Numbered from the whole stretch's first letter, positions 1-13,566 are shown. The stretch: 63,879 nt of DNA, filler included, from Perkinsus chesapeaki ATCC PRA-425 (GCA_013115145.1; 11 parts of 11 records of this genome joined end to end with filler, not necessarily neighbours in it), one strand, 5' to 3'. Program-made: numbers and translations. Notes: generated by a model from the sequence alone, not told the origin.

Positions 1-167
1 TTAGCATCCCAGAACTCCTCTGTAAGGTTAGAGACCACTAGTATTCCTTCACCCTTCACGGCATTGGCCAAACGTTGCCGGCGTAACTTGGCTGTATCGT
101 CAGTCCCAGGGACGACAGCATTGAGGACCTTTTCAACGATGGCGGAGTCCGTAGTTTCGGGAGGCAT
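1..167 (-). CDS. N-terminus of an ORF running off the window, possibly retroelement Gag-like
   Basis: ATG at 167 (minus) opens MPPETTDSAIVEKVLNAVVPGTDDTAKLRRQRLANAVKGEGILVVSNLTEEFWDA, open to base 1. No diagnostic motif, so the Gag call is a guess. Confidence 0.3.
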   Translation of the reverse strand, partial: MPPETTDSAIVEKVLNAVVPGTDDTAKLRRQRLANAVKGEGILVVSNLTEEFWDA

Positions 168-920
168 AGTAACCGTTATTACCGAACGGCAAAGCAAAGA
201 GGGGGAGGATAAAACTAACAGAGAAGTATTTTTCGACTTAGTGGGCGAGAGGAGCGGCCTGGGGTAACCCGGGATACCGGAGGAATTCGTAAAAACGCCG
301 AGGGCAAGGGCTAACGTAATAGTCGCTAGCGCGCAACCCGCACATAAGAGGGTTGCCACAAAGGACCTTTCTCAAAGGTAGTTCGAAAAGGTACCCAGAC
401 CTTCGAGTTGTTCTCGCGGATCTCTCGAAGAGAAGCAAAGAAGACAATCTCCAGTTAATAACACCGTGGAGAAGTCATAATGGCCTTGAACTAGTAAGGC
501 CACAGGTTGAAGCCCGCACAGCTTAACCAAAAAATTACATAGTTTTATATGTATCCGGCCTTTAAGAAGGCCGGCGGTCGGTTGGTTCGGTTCTATCGTC
601 CGTTGACCAACCGACACGGTATCGTGTGTTTGTGCTCGATGGTACTAGCCGACCACAGCTTAGCTGTGGTCAGCCTGTCTCGAGTGACGCAATCGCGCTG
701 TCCCTTATCTGGTGTGGTGACTGTCCCCTGCGTTCCCTGGAATTTCACATCAGATAACGACATGTCGTTATCTTACACGAATTCTGGCACCCCAATCAGC
801 GCTGCTATATTTGAAGACTGAGCATCTTTAGGTCTGCTTAAAGGTCCTCGAAGGCAAACTTACTCAGGCGAGTTGGGATATGAGGGTGCTCCCGCAGCTC
901 CATCGTGACAGGATTCATTC

Positions 921-942
921 CGCTATAGTATAGCGGCTATAC
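921..942. repeat. 22-bp A/A'/A footprint (perfect), inferred target cgctatac
   Basis: c-gctata-g-tatagc-g-gctata-c. Confidence 0.9.
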
Positions 943-1097
943 TAAGCCACAGGCCGGTCACTCGAGTGGGTTCGGGAAAGGCTACTACAGAGCGGTAGTA
1001 GCACCATTAAAGCCGTTATATTTCTACTCTTTGTACAAGTGGGCTTCTTTCCGTCGGGTATCGACCTTCAGCAGTGATCCGTTCAGGCCCGGAGAAC

Positions 1098-2730
<1,633 letters not shown>

Positions 2731-4285
2731 CTCGAGTCGGTCGCCGTGGATCACCTCCTGTTGGTCTTCGAGCCGTCACCTTAGATCTCATTTCTCTGTC
2801 TATAACTCAGTTTTATGGTGAGTATGAGTTGTTCTTGTTGCTAGAAGGACATATTATGTTGAACTGTACCATGATCTCGTTATCGTGATCCTATAAAGCC
2901 CACGTGATAGTCGCAAGTAACGTTCGTTCCCATTATTCGGTTCATTCGAGCGAGCTGCCGAACGTTGACGTTGACCTTTCAAGGGCAAATTTTAGACTCG
3001 TTTCCTTGCTGGAGTCTCTTTGTAAATGCCCGTTTCAAACGCAGAGGGGGCTGGTGTTCATTAGGAAGTCAATGGCGTGAAGTTTCTAGTATGGCCTCAA
3101 CTCTGTTGTATACCCCTTAGAAGCTTGAAAGGCGGGAGTCGGCTGAGTTACTACACCATCTCCAGACCAAGTTAGTGAAGACCTAGAGCGATTACTGGAC
3201 TGTAGGCTACCGTGCTCCCAATAAGAAGATCTCGTTTTTGTGACCATTGTTTGGCAGTGACACATTCGTTACTCTGTGCCCCAAACTCAGAGAGTCTTGT
3301 TTTTACACGCCCAAGCTTCAGCGTCTTACTGGTTAGTGAGAACTGGAAAATCGGCATGGAAAAGTTGCCAAATCGGTTTAGACTACGCACATTAATTTTG
3401 GTCCTAAAATCACGATTCTTCTTAGGTAAGTACCTCTAGATAATAGAGTCTGATTACAACTCGTAATAGTATCTGAACCCTAGCATGTACAGTACTTACC
3501 CCCCGAAGTTTCATTGTGTAGTCTTGAGCAGTTAAGGAGAAAGTACAGTGAAGAGAGAAGATCGCTAGAATTGGTGCACCGTGGGTATCAAGCTAATTTG
3601 GTGGACTGTATCACGAACGCGACAAGATTTATAGACCTATCCGTTGAAAACTGCGTTCCCGCAATTAACTTATAAGTTTGCAGCTGCCATGATGAAGGTA
3701 TCCTCAATATGGCATAGCTCTGCCTACACAAAAGACGCATCAAGAAGGATTCAAGACAGACGATGACTGATGGTGACGAGATGCTATCGGCTGGTGACTG
3801 GTCATTCACAAGGATACTACAAGAGTAACATTGCACATCGGCATGAGCTGAAAGCAGGAGCATCATATGTGAGAAGGACATGATGCGTCACAGATATGCA
3901 ACTAGCGACCAAGAATACGAATTTTACTCGAATAATAACTTCGCCTCAGATTGAGGCTCTCCTCAAGATTCGCAGCCTGTACTACAGGTGCTGTAGACTG
4001 AGAGTAGAAACATACTGGCTGGTTACACGATAGAACCTCCACCACGGTTCTGAACACAGGCCATACAGCATTTAGCATTAGACCAGTCGCAGAAGACTTC
4101 CAAAAAAGAACCGGAAGATAGGGGATCCTATAAGCTTGAAGGCATGCTGGACCTCAGAGTTTCTTCATAATAATATACAACACGCGGAAGCTCCGCATAA
4201 CGTCGCGTATAACGACAAGCTTGTCCTTGGTGAGACTATACATGATGTCTGACGACCATTAGTCCTTAGAATTAGCATGTAGGAG

Positions 4286-5345
4286 CTAGAAATACACAGG
4301 GCTCGCATGCCATATTTCCCAGCGCCAGTTCCAGCGGTTTTTATAGACAAGTACGTTAACCCAGGCATTGAGATTGACACCCGAGAAGAACTCCCACTTG
4401 TTAGGAAGATTATCCAGCGTTCGACCCTCGATGTCAACAGATACACCGGCACCGCCGCCGAATCCCAAAATATCGATCGCGACGTCTGTCCCGATAGCAC
4501 CATAAACGGTGATATCATTATTAGCTGCGGCGGTGCAACTGAGCTTCGCCCAAAGAGACCAGTTGATGATCGAACCAATAACAGGCAAGTTGACATTGAA
4601 AGTGACTTTGACTTCGACTTCAGCGAAGAATGACCTGTCGGGTCGCAAGAGATCATATCCAGAGGCTGCACGGTTTGCCAATGGCAAACTCAGTCACTTG
4701 GAGAGTTTTGAGATTAAAACTGTTCACACCAACTAGTTTAACGGGCTTATCGTCATTAGAGTCGGTATAGAAGGTCCAATGATCAGGATACATACCAGTC
4801 TGGTAGAGGGCAGTGTAGTTGGCCTTAGTGTTAGGATCAATTCCTTGAGGTCCTCTCTTGGTGTACTTATGGACAGTTGCACCATCCATAGTGGTAGTTC
4901 CCCTGTGTGTCCACCCATCCTCTGCCAAGCTACCGGGGGCATTGGCAGCGCCAAGGAGGCGAACAGACTCGGACCTTTGTGGAGTCTCGGATAGGGTTAT
5001 ATCCTGATTCTTGAACAGCTGAGCAACACGTTTGGTCTTGGGGCCGTCGACGGACATAATGAACTGGTAAGGACGACTCGGCATTGCCTTGACATCCACG
5101 AGGCCGTCCTTGGCAACGATCATATCCTCCCTGGTGGTGACAGAGCCATCTTCCATACCGGGCAGGGTGAGGCCGTCGGTCTCCATCGCCAAGGACTTAC
5201 CACAGGGGTTAGGGTTACCGTGTACGTCTTTAGCATCTTTGTTACAGATTGTTCTAGTCACCAGGTGCATGCGGATGTTGCCTGGCTTGAAAGCCGAAGT
5301 ATCGAACACTTGGGCCACAAGGAATGTAACGACTATGTATAACAT
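4286..5345 (-). CDS. Secreted hypothetical protein with beta-strand-rich C-terminal domain; two overlapping frames joined by a 37-nt intron or a frameshift
   Basis: ORF 4653-5345 starts with a signal-like MLYIVVTFLVAQVFDTSA. ORF 4286-4687 overlaps it in another frame. Removing GTGCAG..GACAG (4635-4671) joins them in frame (..AIGKP|SFFAEVEVKVTFNVN..). Confidence 0.65.
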
Positions 5346-6400
5346 AGCAAAGAAAACAACAATGAGAATTCCTGAGATCGAGTGAGAACCTCACTGTGAG
5401 ATTGACTGAGCGCTGCCTTCGAAGATACCTTGCGGGGCAGTCGCCCTGGGTGCCTACCGCCACCGATTTCACAATTCCCAGGGGAGTGGCACACTATTCC
5501 ATCGAGGAGTCTCGCTTGTCTCGGAGTGGGCTTATATGCGAATCCTGATCAACGCTTGCTCTCGACAAGAACAAGCAAGCCAGAAGATGGACAAGATCGC
5601 AAAAGCTCCTTCCATTCAGATCAATTAAGTCGGGGTCACGCACGTGATCCGTGGATCACGACCCGCATACCGGCCCTCATCGGTGTCGCGGACTGTTGTT
5701 CGCACTTCGACGTTTCAGCACGTCAGGTGCTACCTAGTTGGCTGTACATTCTCAACTCAGGGTACTCGACAGTCTTGACGATTCTGTTCTAAATCGCCGC
5801 CGATGACTTGAGTGGTTAAAAGGAGATATTTCAACACAGCCAGTTTTGGCACTGGGTGAACGTGGAGCATCTGTCTTCGGCGAAGGTGGCGCTCTTTGAA
5901 GTCTCAGACTCCAAGGCAGCTGAAGTAAAGACTGATTCAGCCTTCGAAGATGGTGGAGAGCTTATGCGATTATCCATAGTGCAGTCACGTTTATAAGCGA
6001 TCATCCCTGGCATGTTTCCGGCTTGCGCAGTCTTATATCCGGCTGGCGCACTTTTATATCGGGCTGGCGCGCATCGAATACCCGGAAAATCATTGATGCG
6101 AGCCGCATCCGATCATCCGATTACTCGATCACGCAGAAGACTCAAAGATATTGCGATGTATTGACCTTAAGTGAGTAGCTGTATGCATAATTTAAGACAA
6201 ATAAACGAACTAATCAATAAGAGCTTACGTAGACTATCGCTTTCATGGAACTTGGGAGGGAGGTGACAGTCCGTCACCTGGAGCCCGTTCAAGTGCCCAC
6301 TTCTCCGAGCGCACATGCTCGGTAAAGTAACCCCTCCGAGCTCGGAACAAAATAATCTGTTCAAGTGCCATCCGTCTGAGTACCCCGATTCCGAGTATCG

Positions 6401-6422
6401 GGAATCTGAGATTCCGAATCTC
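6401..6422. repeat. 22-bp A/A'/A footprint (perfect), inferred target ggaatctc
   Basis: g-gaatct-g-agattc-c-gaatct-c. Confidence 0.9.
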
Positions 6423-6614
6423 ACACCTTGTTGCTTGAACCAATAGTGAGTCATTATGTGATTCAGGATTTTATATCCGGGAGGGGTCCCGACTTTCCCG
6501 GAGGGGGCTTATGCGCTGGTGAGCTGACTCACATGAGGTGAGTCGCGTCCCGTAAGTCCCAACTCAGGCATCTCGAATCGCGGGCCTCGACCACGCACGC
6601 AGCAAGACAGATGT

Positions 6615-6636
6615 CGTCACGGCGTGACGGTCACGC
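6615..6636. repeat. 22-bp A/A'/A footprint (perfect), inferred target cgtcacgc
   Basis: c-gtcacg-g-cgtgac-g-gtcacg-c. Confidence 0.9.
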
Positions 6637-6801
6637 ATCGCGCCGAAATTGGATTGGTTACTTGGTAGTCGCTACTTCACGCAAACGACCAACTTTTAAG
6701 TCAGTTGGTCGTCGAGTGCATAACAGTATTATGAGTATACGCGCTGTATTCAATGATATTGAGGTATGGTTCACGTTGCACCGTGCAACATATCATGCTT
6801 C

Positions 6802-6823
6802 GTACTACAGTAGTACTACTACT
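6802..6823. repeat. 22-bp A/A'/A footprint (perfect), inferred target gtactact
   Basis: g-tactac-a-gtagta-c-tactac-t (low complexity, weaker on its own). Confidence 0.75.
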
Positions 6824-7746
6824 CCATCCAGGGTACCCTAACATACACCCCTCCCATACATCACTCCCGCGATGAAATGTTAGGTGAAATGAGGGGTAGG
6901 TGAGATAGACGTAGGGGATTCCCTTTCCGGTGGGAGGGGAATTTAGCCCCGTAGGAATCAATCATAAGTATCGACAATTTTTTATTGAATAACTCACTCT
7001 TTTCAGCATCATTGAACAAGATTGTTGAACCCATCGTCAGGGCTATGTCATGCTATACGTGTGAAGAAGTGTTCAATTCTGGGATCTTGCAGACGAGGCT
7101 TGCCATCTTGCCAGTCCTGGACGAGCCTCGAGTTGTGCAGAAATGTCAAGTACTGCGTGCTATTCTCGGAAAAGCTACGGCCCTTGGTGAAGCCTGATGC
7201 TGCTACTGATAGCGAGTAAGCAGCCCCATCTGAAAAGTGGATCAATTGGCGGATTGCGACATTCATTTGCGCGGAAGTCCTTAAGGAAGCCGAATGAGCA
7301 GCGAAGTACATTGTTCTACTTGCTAGCGTTACAAATTCTCGGTACTGTTGATGAGTTACTGATAAATATTAGAGTTAATACAGTGCGTTCGCGTTTGTTG
7401 GGCAAGTTGATTAAAACTGAATATTTCGCGTTAGAGTGATCATAATTTGCTGAAACCTTCAGAGATATGGCTATAAGACAAGGGAAATCGATTAGTATAA
7501 TTTTCATGACAAAACTCCAAGCCGTTTCATCGTGAGGGCGAGCGAGAAAAAATGACCGTACTCAGCGTTCGTTCTTGTTGGGCGGAGATAGCGTAATTAT
7601 GACTTATACTAATTACTAGTAGAATACTAATAATTACTAGTACTATAGTAGTTACTAAACTGGCAACACTAATATATATTGTTACTCATAGCCCTGGAAA
7701 TTATTTCACATGCAGTCAACCGGACTCAGCCTTCGGAGCATCTCAC

Positions 7747-10700
7747 CCCAATCGCCTTGCCAAATAGAGAGAGCTGCGGCATTCGACCACAACACTGGAT
7801 GAGTCATATCGTACCTACCACAACATGAACCTACCGCGACATGAATTGTAGACCGTGCTCCTAGCCTATTGAACATTTTCCTAGTAAAGTTGTAAGTTCT
7901 CGGTTGCCACGATGAGGGTAGCCTTGCTACTTTCCAACGGTCACTTATCTATCCCAATGCTGATAGTAAACTCGTTTAAGGAGATCTGCGATAGAATCGA
8001 TACATGTAAGGAGAACTCCGAGTTTGAAAGTGATGGAAGGTTTCTGGGCGTCATATAGGCGGAGATGAACTATCGCATGTTGTCCCTTCCTGAGTGTGAT
8101 GCTCACTGTATAGCCTCCATCAAAATTCGGACTCCTTCGTCGAAATGATTGTCTTGCCACACAAGACAAATGGCCAGACTATTGAGGGCATGTGGTACTT
8201 GGCGAACTATACTGAGGCCTTCTTCTAGTAGCGGCTGTCCTGACCCGCAGTCTCCTAAAGCCGCTAACGTATACCTGAAAACATATTGATGAGCTGCACC
8301 TCACGCACTTCGATATCTCACCCAGCGTCTACTAAGAAAGCAAATCGTGAAGTGTCGTCGAATCCGATACCGTGGCCGTTACTGATTTTCACCATTCGGG
8401 TATGGGCTTGCCAAAGCTTGAACAAGTGTTCACACTCAGCACTATTATGGCTATCCTTACTTCTCCTCGTTGGAGATGTATTTGAGCTATGCTATAATCT
8501 GTGACTGCGTTGTCATCAAAAATGCTCAAACTTGCCTCGTACATCTTCAACGCCTCATCAAGCTTACCAGAGGCATGGAGGACAGTAGCGTATCTACGGC
8601 CACGCCAGCATCAAAAAACCAGCTAATCAGCAGCGAGGAGTCCTCGGGCTTTTTTCGGCTAGAACGGACGTCTCCAGTGAGCCACGTACTTAAATCGCTC
8701 GAGTCGGGCCGCCGAGGATATGGTAGGAGCGAAAGCTTCTTGTTTAATAAGGAAAGGTGGCCAGTGAATTTCGTTCGTTCGGAGTGGAACAGAGGTTCTT
8801 GCCGTGGGTGAAGGAAGTGGTATCCGTCGAGGCTTGGAGCAGGATTCCGAATCAAGCTTTAATAAAGCGGCTTTATAATCGAAAAAAAGCTTGCCTCAGC
8901 AAATATGAAGGGTCATCATAGCTGTACTGTTACAATACTATTACAACTGTACATTAGTACAGCTGTATTACTACTAGTACTGTTACAACTGTCGAAGTTC
9001 GTCTAATGTAAATGGGATGTTCTTTGATTTGGGCTACGGATGTTCCACGGTGCCCAGAGGAATGGCAATCTTACTGATGAAGGGTTTTACAGCTCCTTCT
9101 CCATGTTATAGCATCCGCCTCGTAAAGTGAAGCTCGCCTCTCCCATAATTTCATACGTTCAATGAAAAGATACGAATAAAGCATCAACAAGAGCATCAGA
9201 ACAAAGAAGCCCAATGGTCTTGATCTCGACCCAGCTCGAACAATAAGTATCATAGCACCAACCGACGGTAAATATAGCAGCCTCTCTCCCACTACTGTCC
9301 CAACAACTATCGCTACATTGCTGGCTGGGAAGAACGTAAGAATCATGATGCTCAAGCCGGTAAGCCCAACTCGGCACTGTTGTCGGAGAAATACAGCCAA
9401 GCAGGTGGCTAAAAGACAATATGTGCAGAGAGGCCCGAGCAGTCTGAAGTCGGCGGAGGAGTGAACGGCTGGAATGGCATCGAAGGAATAGTCCCAAGAT
9501 TGGTTCCACGGTAGAAGTAATAGTTTGGCATACACGAAGTGCAAATGCAAGTATGATAAGCCACGGGCATTCGCGTCTGTGAGGTACAAGTAGGGCACAT
9601 CGACATACGCAAAATTAACAGGACTACCTCCAACCAGACACCACCGGAAGACAAGCAGAACCATAGTGAGTAGGAACACATAGGCGGACTTTCGGTATTT
9701 GCGTGAGTCCTTGCTGAGCAATAGTATAAGAATCATCAACACAGGCACTGTGAATCCTGTCTCCTTTGAGAATGCGGACAGCATGGCCAACAGTGACGCT
9801 AATGGAAGGGAGTAGGTAACCGTAAGCAAGGAGCTACATCCAAGCAGACATGCGAGCGAGTCAGCCTGGCCGACTATATAGACAATATTCTCCACGTGTA
9901 CGGGATGCAGGGCGAAGAGCACGCCACCTATCCCAGACCAGAATGAAACAAGCCCAACAACCCGGTGAGCTAATATGGTTACACACAGAGTAGATAAGCT
10001 ATGGATAATACAACCGAGAAGACGAAGGGAGAAGGCCGTCGGATATGGTGGAGTGAGCAAGCTCAGAGTCAATCGGTAGAGCAGTGTGGTGATGGGACGA
10101 AAAGATTTGTGGGTAGCACGCGGATCACCAAAGAGATTGTTGCCCCAGAAGTCGTGGTCGAACACCTGAAACAAAGAAAATTAGGTCAATTCAGACACGC
10201 AGGGCCGAATAATATCAATCACATTAGCCATAATAAGATGGATGCTATGTTTAAGTGAAGATCAATAGTATACTCCTCTAACAATCAATCATAACTGCGT
10301 TCACTAAACTTGCGAGCTCATCCTCTAAATGGCAGCATATATGCTGTATAAGCCAATGAAATGCTATTCAGTCACCTCAGTCCATGGACGATCCCCATTA
10401 GCAATGCCATTCTTGAGTATCGCTGGTATCTCGTCTATGAACCATTCACGGTAGAAGATGCACATGCAGGCCGGTAACGAAGCAAGTAGACCTACGACAA
10501 GCTTCACAGGCAGATCGAGTTCGTGGGACAACAACTGTAGCTCTCAATCAGCACTTAAGGTCGTTACTCATCAGACAGGCTATCCAGATTCCACCGCCTC
10601 TCCCCTGAGTGGTTTGCTCATTTATCTGTTTCTCGTGCTGTCCGTAATCATCCATGATGTTTCCGGTATCGGTAAGGCATCCAGTCGAAGTGGAGGGGGA

Positions 10701-11028
10701 CGGAGATATGGTCTAAGCTAGCCAAGGTTGGGCAATCAAATCACTCACGACGAAGTCTTGCTAAATTAATGATGAGTAGAGAGGACGAATAAAGAGGTGA
10801 ACTACTCACCACTTTATCATCATCGTCAGAGTCGTGCGGTGACTGACCCGGTGTCACCAAAGAGAACTCTTGTGGACCGCTAGGGTCAGATTCTGTCACA
10901 TTATGGTGAGAGCTGTCAAACTTTTCCCAGTCATGGTTGTAGAGTGCAGCAGTTGTCGTTTTCTGTTGCTCCGTGGTGATGTCACCTGTCATTAGTGTAG
11001 TATTCTTGGAAGGTTCGAGAATATTCAT
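7747..11028 (-). CDS. TMTC: TMTC-family protein O-mannosyltransferase (DUF1736 TM region + TPR repeats), multi-exon; both ends uncertain
   Basis: Spliced WFIDEIPAILKN..PWTE|VFDHDFWG..THKSFRPITTLLYRL (intron 10166-10375), WDYSFDAIP, VGERLLYLPSVG. After intron 8594-9074 come TPR-like exons QYATVLHASGKLDEALKMYEASL.., ALNSLAICLVWQ..EGVRILMEAI, HPVLWSNAAALSIWQGDW. Upstream exons from ATG 11028 splice in frame down to about 10560, but their link to the TMTC core is unresolved. Confidence 0.85.
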
Positions 11029-11195
11029 TCTTGCGGTGTAATGCTATTTAGTACTTATAACAAAAAGTTTTAGCGGCACACGACATCTTTTAGCTACCAT
11101 TACAGCAACATGTGAACATCAAGAGATTATGGGATCTTTGTAACTTCACCTTCCTCTTATCTAGCGAGAATAATAGGGTGCGGAATTAATACAAC

Positions 11196-11966
11196 CTACA
11201 TCTTCCATTCTGTCGGCTTCCATTCTATTGGTTTGCCTTCACTTGGCGTCCCTTTTTCATCAGTGTTTTTCAAGACGACTACACTAACTTTGCCTCCTCC
11301 ACATGGACAGAGTCTGACAAAAATCACCCCATCTTCAGAGAACCATTCAATACTGTAGCGGTCTTTGGCTTTATCGTCGTTGATAAACCATTCATTTTTC
11401 TTCCCACGTCCAGGTTTATGGAGGCTGACTTTTGTCCCGTCAGCAGTAGTGCCAGTGTATGTCCCTCCACGAACTTTCCTGCTTGGTGAGACTCCTGGTA
11501 AGGTTGTCCACACAACCTTTGGGCTCGCCGCCATCTTGTCAAGTTCAGCTAGAACGCCTTCTTCAACATTGTCTGATAATCGTCTCTGAATGCCCCCCTC
11601 ATTCCATGCAACACTATCCAAAGTAACAGTTCTAAAATACTGTCCGTAACCACCTCCGGCGATTCCTTTCGAACCGGTATATAGATCCGCCTGGTACACT
11701 TTGGTTGCCGACTCGCCCACTTGGATAACCGAAAAATAAGCAGCCGACTTCCCCTTGAGTTCCTTGTCTACCTCCATCCAGTCATATTCGACCGGATGGC
11801 AAACCTTATCGTCCGGGCGATTGTGATAGAGAGGGTTCCACCCGTGGCGACCTGGTATGAGATAATATCTATTCTTCGTGGTTTGGGACGTCGCAACTAG
11901 ACCATTGGGGTGGCGTCCGCCTATTACGGGGATTGCCGATATTAGGCCAGGAAGATACCTTAGCAT
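11196..11966 (-). CDS. Intronless hypothetical protein, 256 aa, probably secreted
   Basis: Uninterrupted ORF with hydrophobic N-terminus MLRYLPGLISAIPVIGG; no recognised domain. Confidence 0.7.
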   Translation of the reverse strand: MLRYLPGLISAIPVIGGRHPNGLVATSQTTKNRYYLIPGRHGWNPLYHNRPDDKVCHPVEYDWMEVDKELKGKSAAYFSVIQVGESATKVYQADLYTGSKGIAGGGYGQYFRTVTLDSVAWNEGGIQRRLSDNVEEGVLAELDKMAASPKVVWTTLPGVSPSRKVRGGTYTGTTADGTKVSLHKPGRGKKNEWFINDDKAKDRYSIEWFSEDGVIFVRLCPCGGGKVSVVVLKNTDEKGTPSEGKPIEWKPTEWKM

Positions 11967-12369
11967 TTGGTGACAAGTTAATCAACTCTGGGTTTCAAAC
12001 GAGCTCGCAATATGATTGAAGGATGCTGCAGGAGAGCTTCGCTTCTACCTTATTATTAATAATAGGTTCATGGATCATACACATACGGTCATAAATTATG
12101 ATAATTCAAGCTCTTAATCGAGGTTGAAGCGGCGGCGCTAAGAGAATGATACCAGCCGCCAGTCGAATGACGCACTGGTCAGTGGATATCACCGACAGAA
12201 TCAGTCCGACAGATTTATCGAGCCTCAGCGTTCATAGAGTTGCCAGAATAATTCCCGCGTAGTGAGAACGAAAGCCGAGATAAAAGAACACGACCACCAC
12301 TGCGATCCACATCACATCAACATGCAACAATATTAAGTACAACAAGAACAACAACAGCAAAGCCAGCAT

Positions 12370-13353
12370 TCACACACTTTTCCAGCTAGCCAGCTTCTCA
12401 GGGCCCCATACGGTATCACTAGCGACAGATCCGTCGGTCTGTGCTGTGGCAGTATTTGATCTGCCATGAGTCACCCGCTTCCATGTGCTGCGTACCCTTT
12501 TACTCAAGCCTGTCCTTTGGGCCTCGGGTTTGAGAACAGTAAAACCGACATCACTCAGATCCGTGTATTTTCCTGAAGTGTTCGTTACTCGAGCTAGAAA
12601 AATATCTCCAACTTTTACGTAATGAATCCTATAAAAACATTCGGGACCATCCTCCCCCGGGCCATGTCTGCTCTGTACAGTGTCCCGACTGTAATCAGCA
12701 TAGTCAAACAGTTTTACCTCCAGGTTTGCTTCGCTTGCATACTCGTTGTAAGTTAACAATAATCGTAGAGGACCGAGATTTCCGACCCAGCTCCCCATGT
12801 ACGATGCAGACTCATCAGGATCGGGCAACTCTCTAATTCGGTTCTGTTTGCATATATCTTCAAGCTCATTGGCGATTTTCGATCTCTCCTTAGTGTTATC
12901 AATCATTCTACTTCTTACGGACGCTCCCCCATCGTTTGCAGCATAAATCGTTGTATATGCTACCGAGCTGAAGCATCCTCCTTGAGGCGTGTGACTTAGC
13001 GTTCCCAGGTAGCTCTGAGTGCCTCTCGGAAAACCGGCGTGCCGAATGACGATCGAATCGTCTACTGGTTGCTCTTCAAAGGTACTTGTAGTGTCCTCAA
13101 ACGACAGGAAATCATAATAAGCATGAGATACACCATTCTCGAGTTTGTACGTCTTCGGTTCACGGAAGAGTTGAACGGGGACGGAGATGCTCCCGCTTGA
13201 CGATGAGCCCGTTGTACGCAATCTATTGGGCAACAGGTAATATTGGACACCATCTTTCAGCTTGGCTGTAAGGACGCGAGAGCGATACTTTTTAGCCTCG
13301 GTAATGCATCTTGAACCGAAAAGGAATGTCAACCAAGTTGCCAACTTTTTCAT
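12370..13353 (-). CDS. Intronless hypothetical protein, 327 aa, probably secreted
   Basis: Uninterrupted ORF with N-terminus MKKLATWLTFLFGSRCITEA; no recognised domain. Confidence 0.75.
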   Translation of the reverse strand: MKKLATWLTFLFGSRCITEAKKYRSRVLTAKLKDGVQYYLLPNRLRTTGSSSSGSISVPVQLFREPKTYKLENGVSHAYYDFLSFEDTTSTFEEQPVDDSIVIRHAGFPRGTQSYLGTLSHTPQGGCFSSVAYTTIYAANDGGASVRSRMIDNTKERSKIANELEDICKQNRIRELPDPDESASYMGSWVGNLGPLRLLLTYNEYASEANLEVKLFDYADYSRDTVQSRHGPGEDGPECFYRIHYVKVGDIFLARVTNTSGKYTDLSDVGFTVLKPEAQRTGLSKRVRSTWKRVTHGRSNTATAQTDGSVASDTVWGPEKLASWKSV

Positions 13354-13466
13354 AATAGAAGAGAGACACTAGTAGCGAATGAAAAAACATATTCGGAGCG
13401 CCAGGTTTCGCCAACTCACCAACGTCGGCGATTTCCCAAATTCATTACACTCTCACCTACTTGTTC

Positions 13467-13566
13467 NNNNNNNNNNNNNNNNNNNNNNNNNNNNNNNNNN
13501 NNNNNNNNNNTTAATTAATTAANNNNNNNNNNNNNNNNNNNNNNNNNNNNNNNNNNNNNNNNNNNN
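13467..13566. other. Artificial 100-bp contig linker (N..TTAATTAATTAA..N); first of ten
   Basis: Identical linkers at 13467-13566, 28970-29069, 34598-34697, 39042-39141, 41840-41939, 45193-45292, 47414-47513, 57379-57478, 59156-59255 and 62625-62724. The 12-mer has stops in all six frames. Confidence 0.98.

Noticed and set aside
4165-4671. Long alternative-frame and antisense ORFs (4165..4671 -, 4307..4633 +, 9159..9509 +, 43703..44248 +, 44446..44778 +, 49741..50043 +, 58354..58878 +, 63276..63686 +)
   Set aside because: They overlap better-supported genes and have no motifs; they are shadow ORFs.
7240-7290. GLRHSFAR, resembling a tyrosine recombinase box
   Set aside because: No upstream catalytic Arg box or downstream Tyr motif; 80-aa ORF with a TTG/CTG-type start.
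7590-7660. TAG/CTA-rich low-complexity tracts (also about 8930-8990, 16610-16640, 19070-19150)
   Set aside because: No fixed unit or spacing; treated as degenerate simple sequence in introns and intergenic DNA.
13511-13522. TTAATTAATTAA repeated ten times as a possible biological motif; ORFs that run into or start in the N runs (46962..47465, 59007..59207, 59204..59416, 62314..62676, 62669..63874 ends)
   Set aside because: Always centred in exactly 100 bp of N: an artificial six-frame-stop linker. Stops and starts there are not real.
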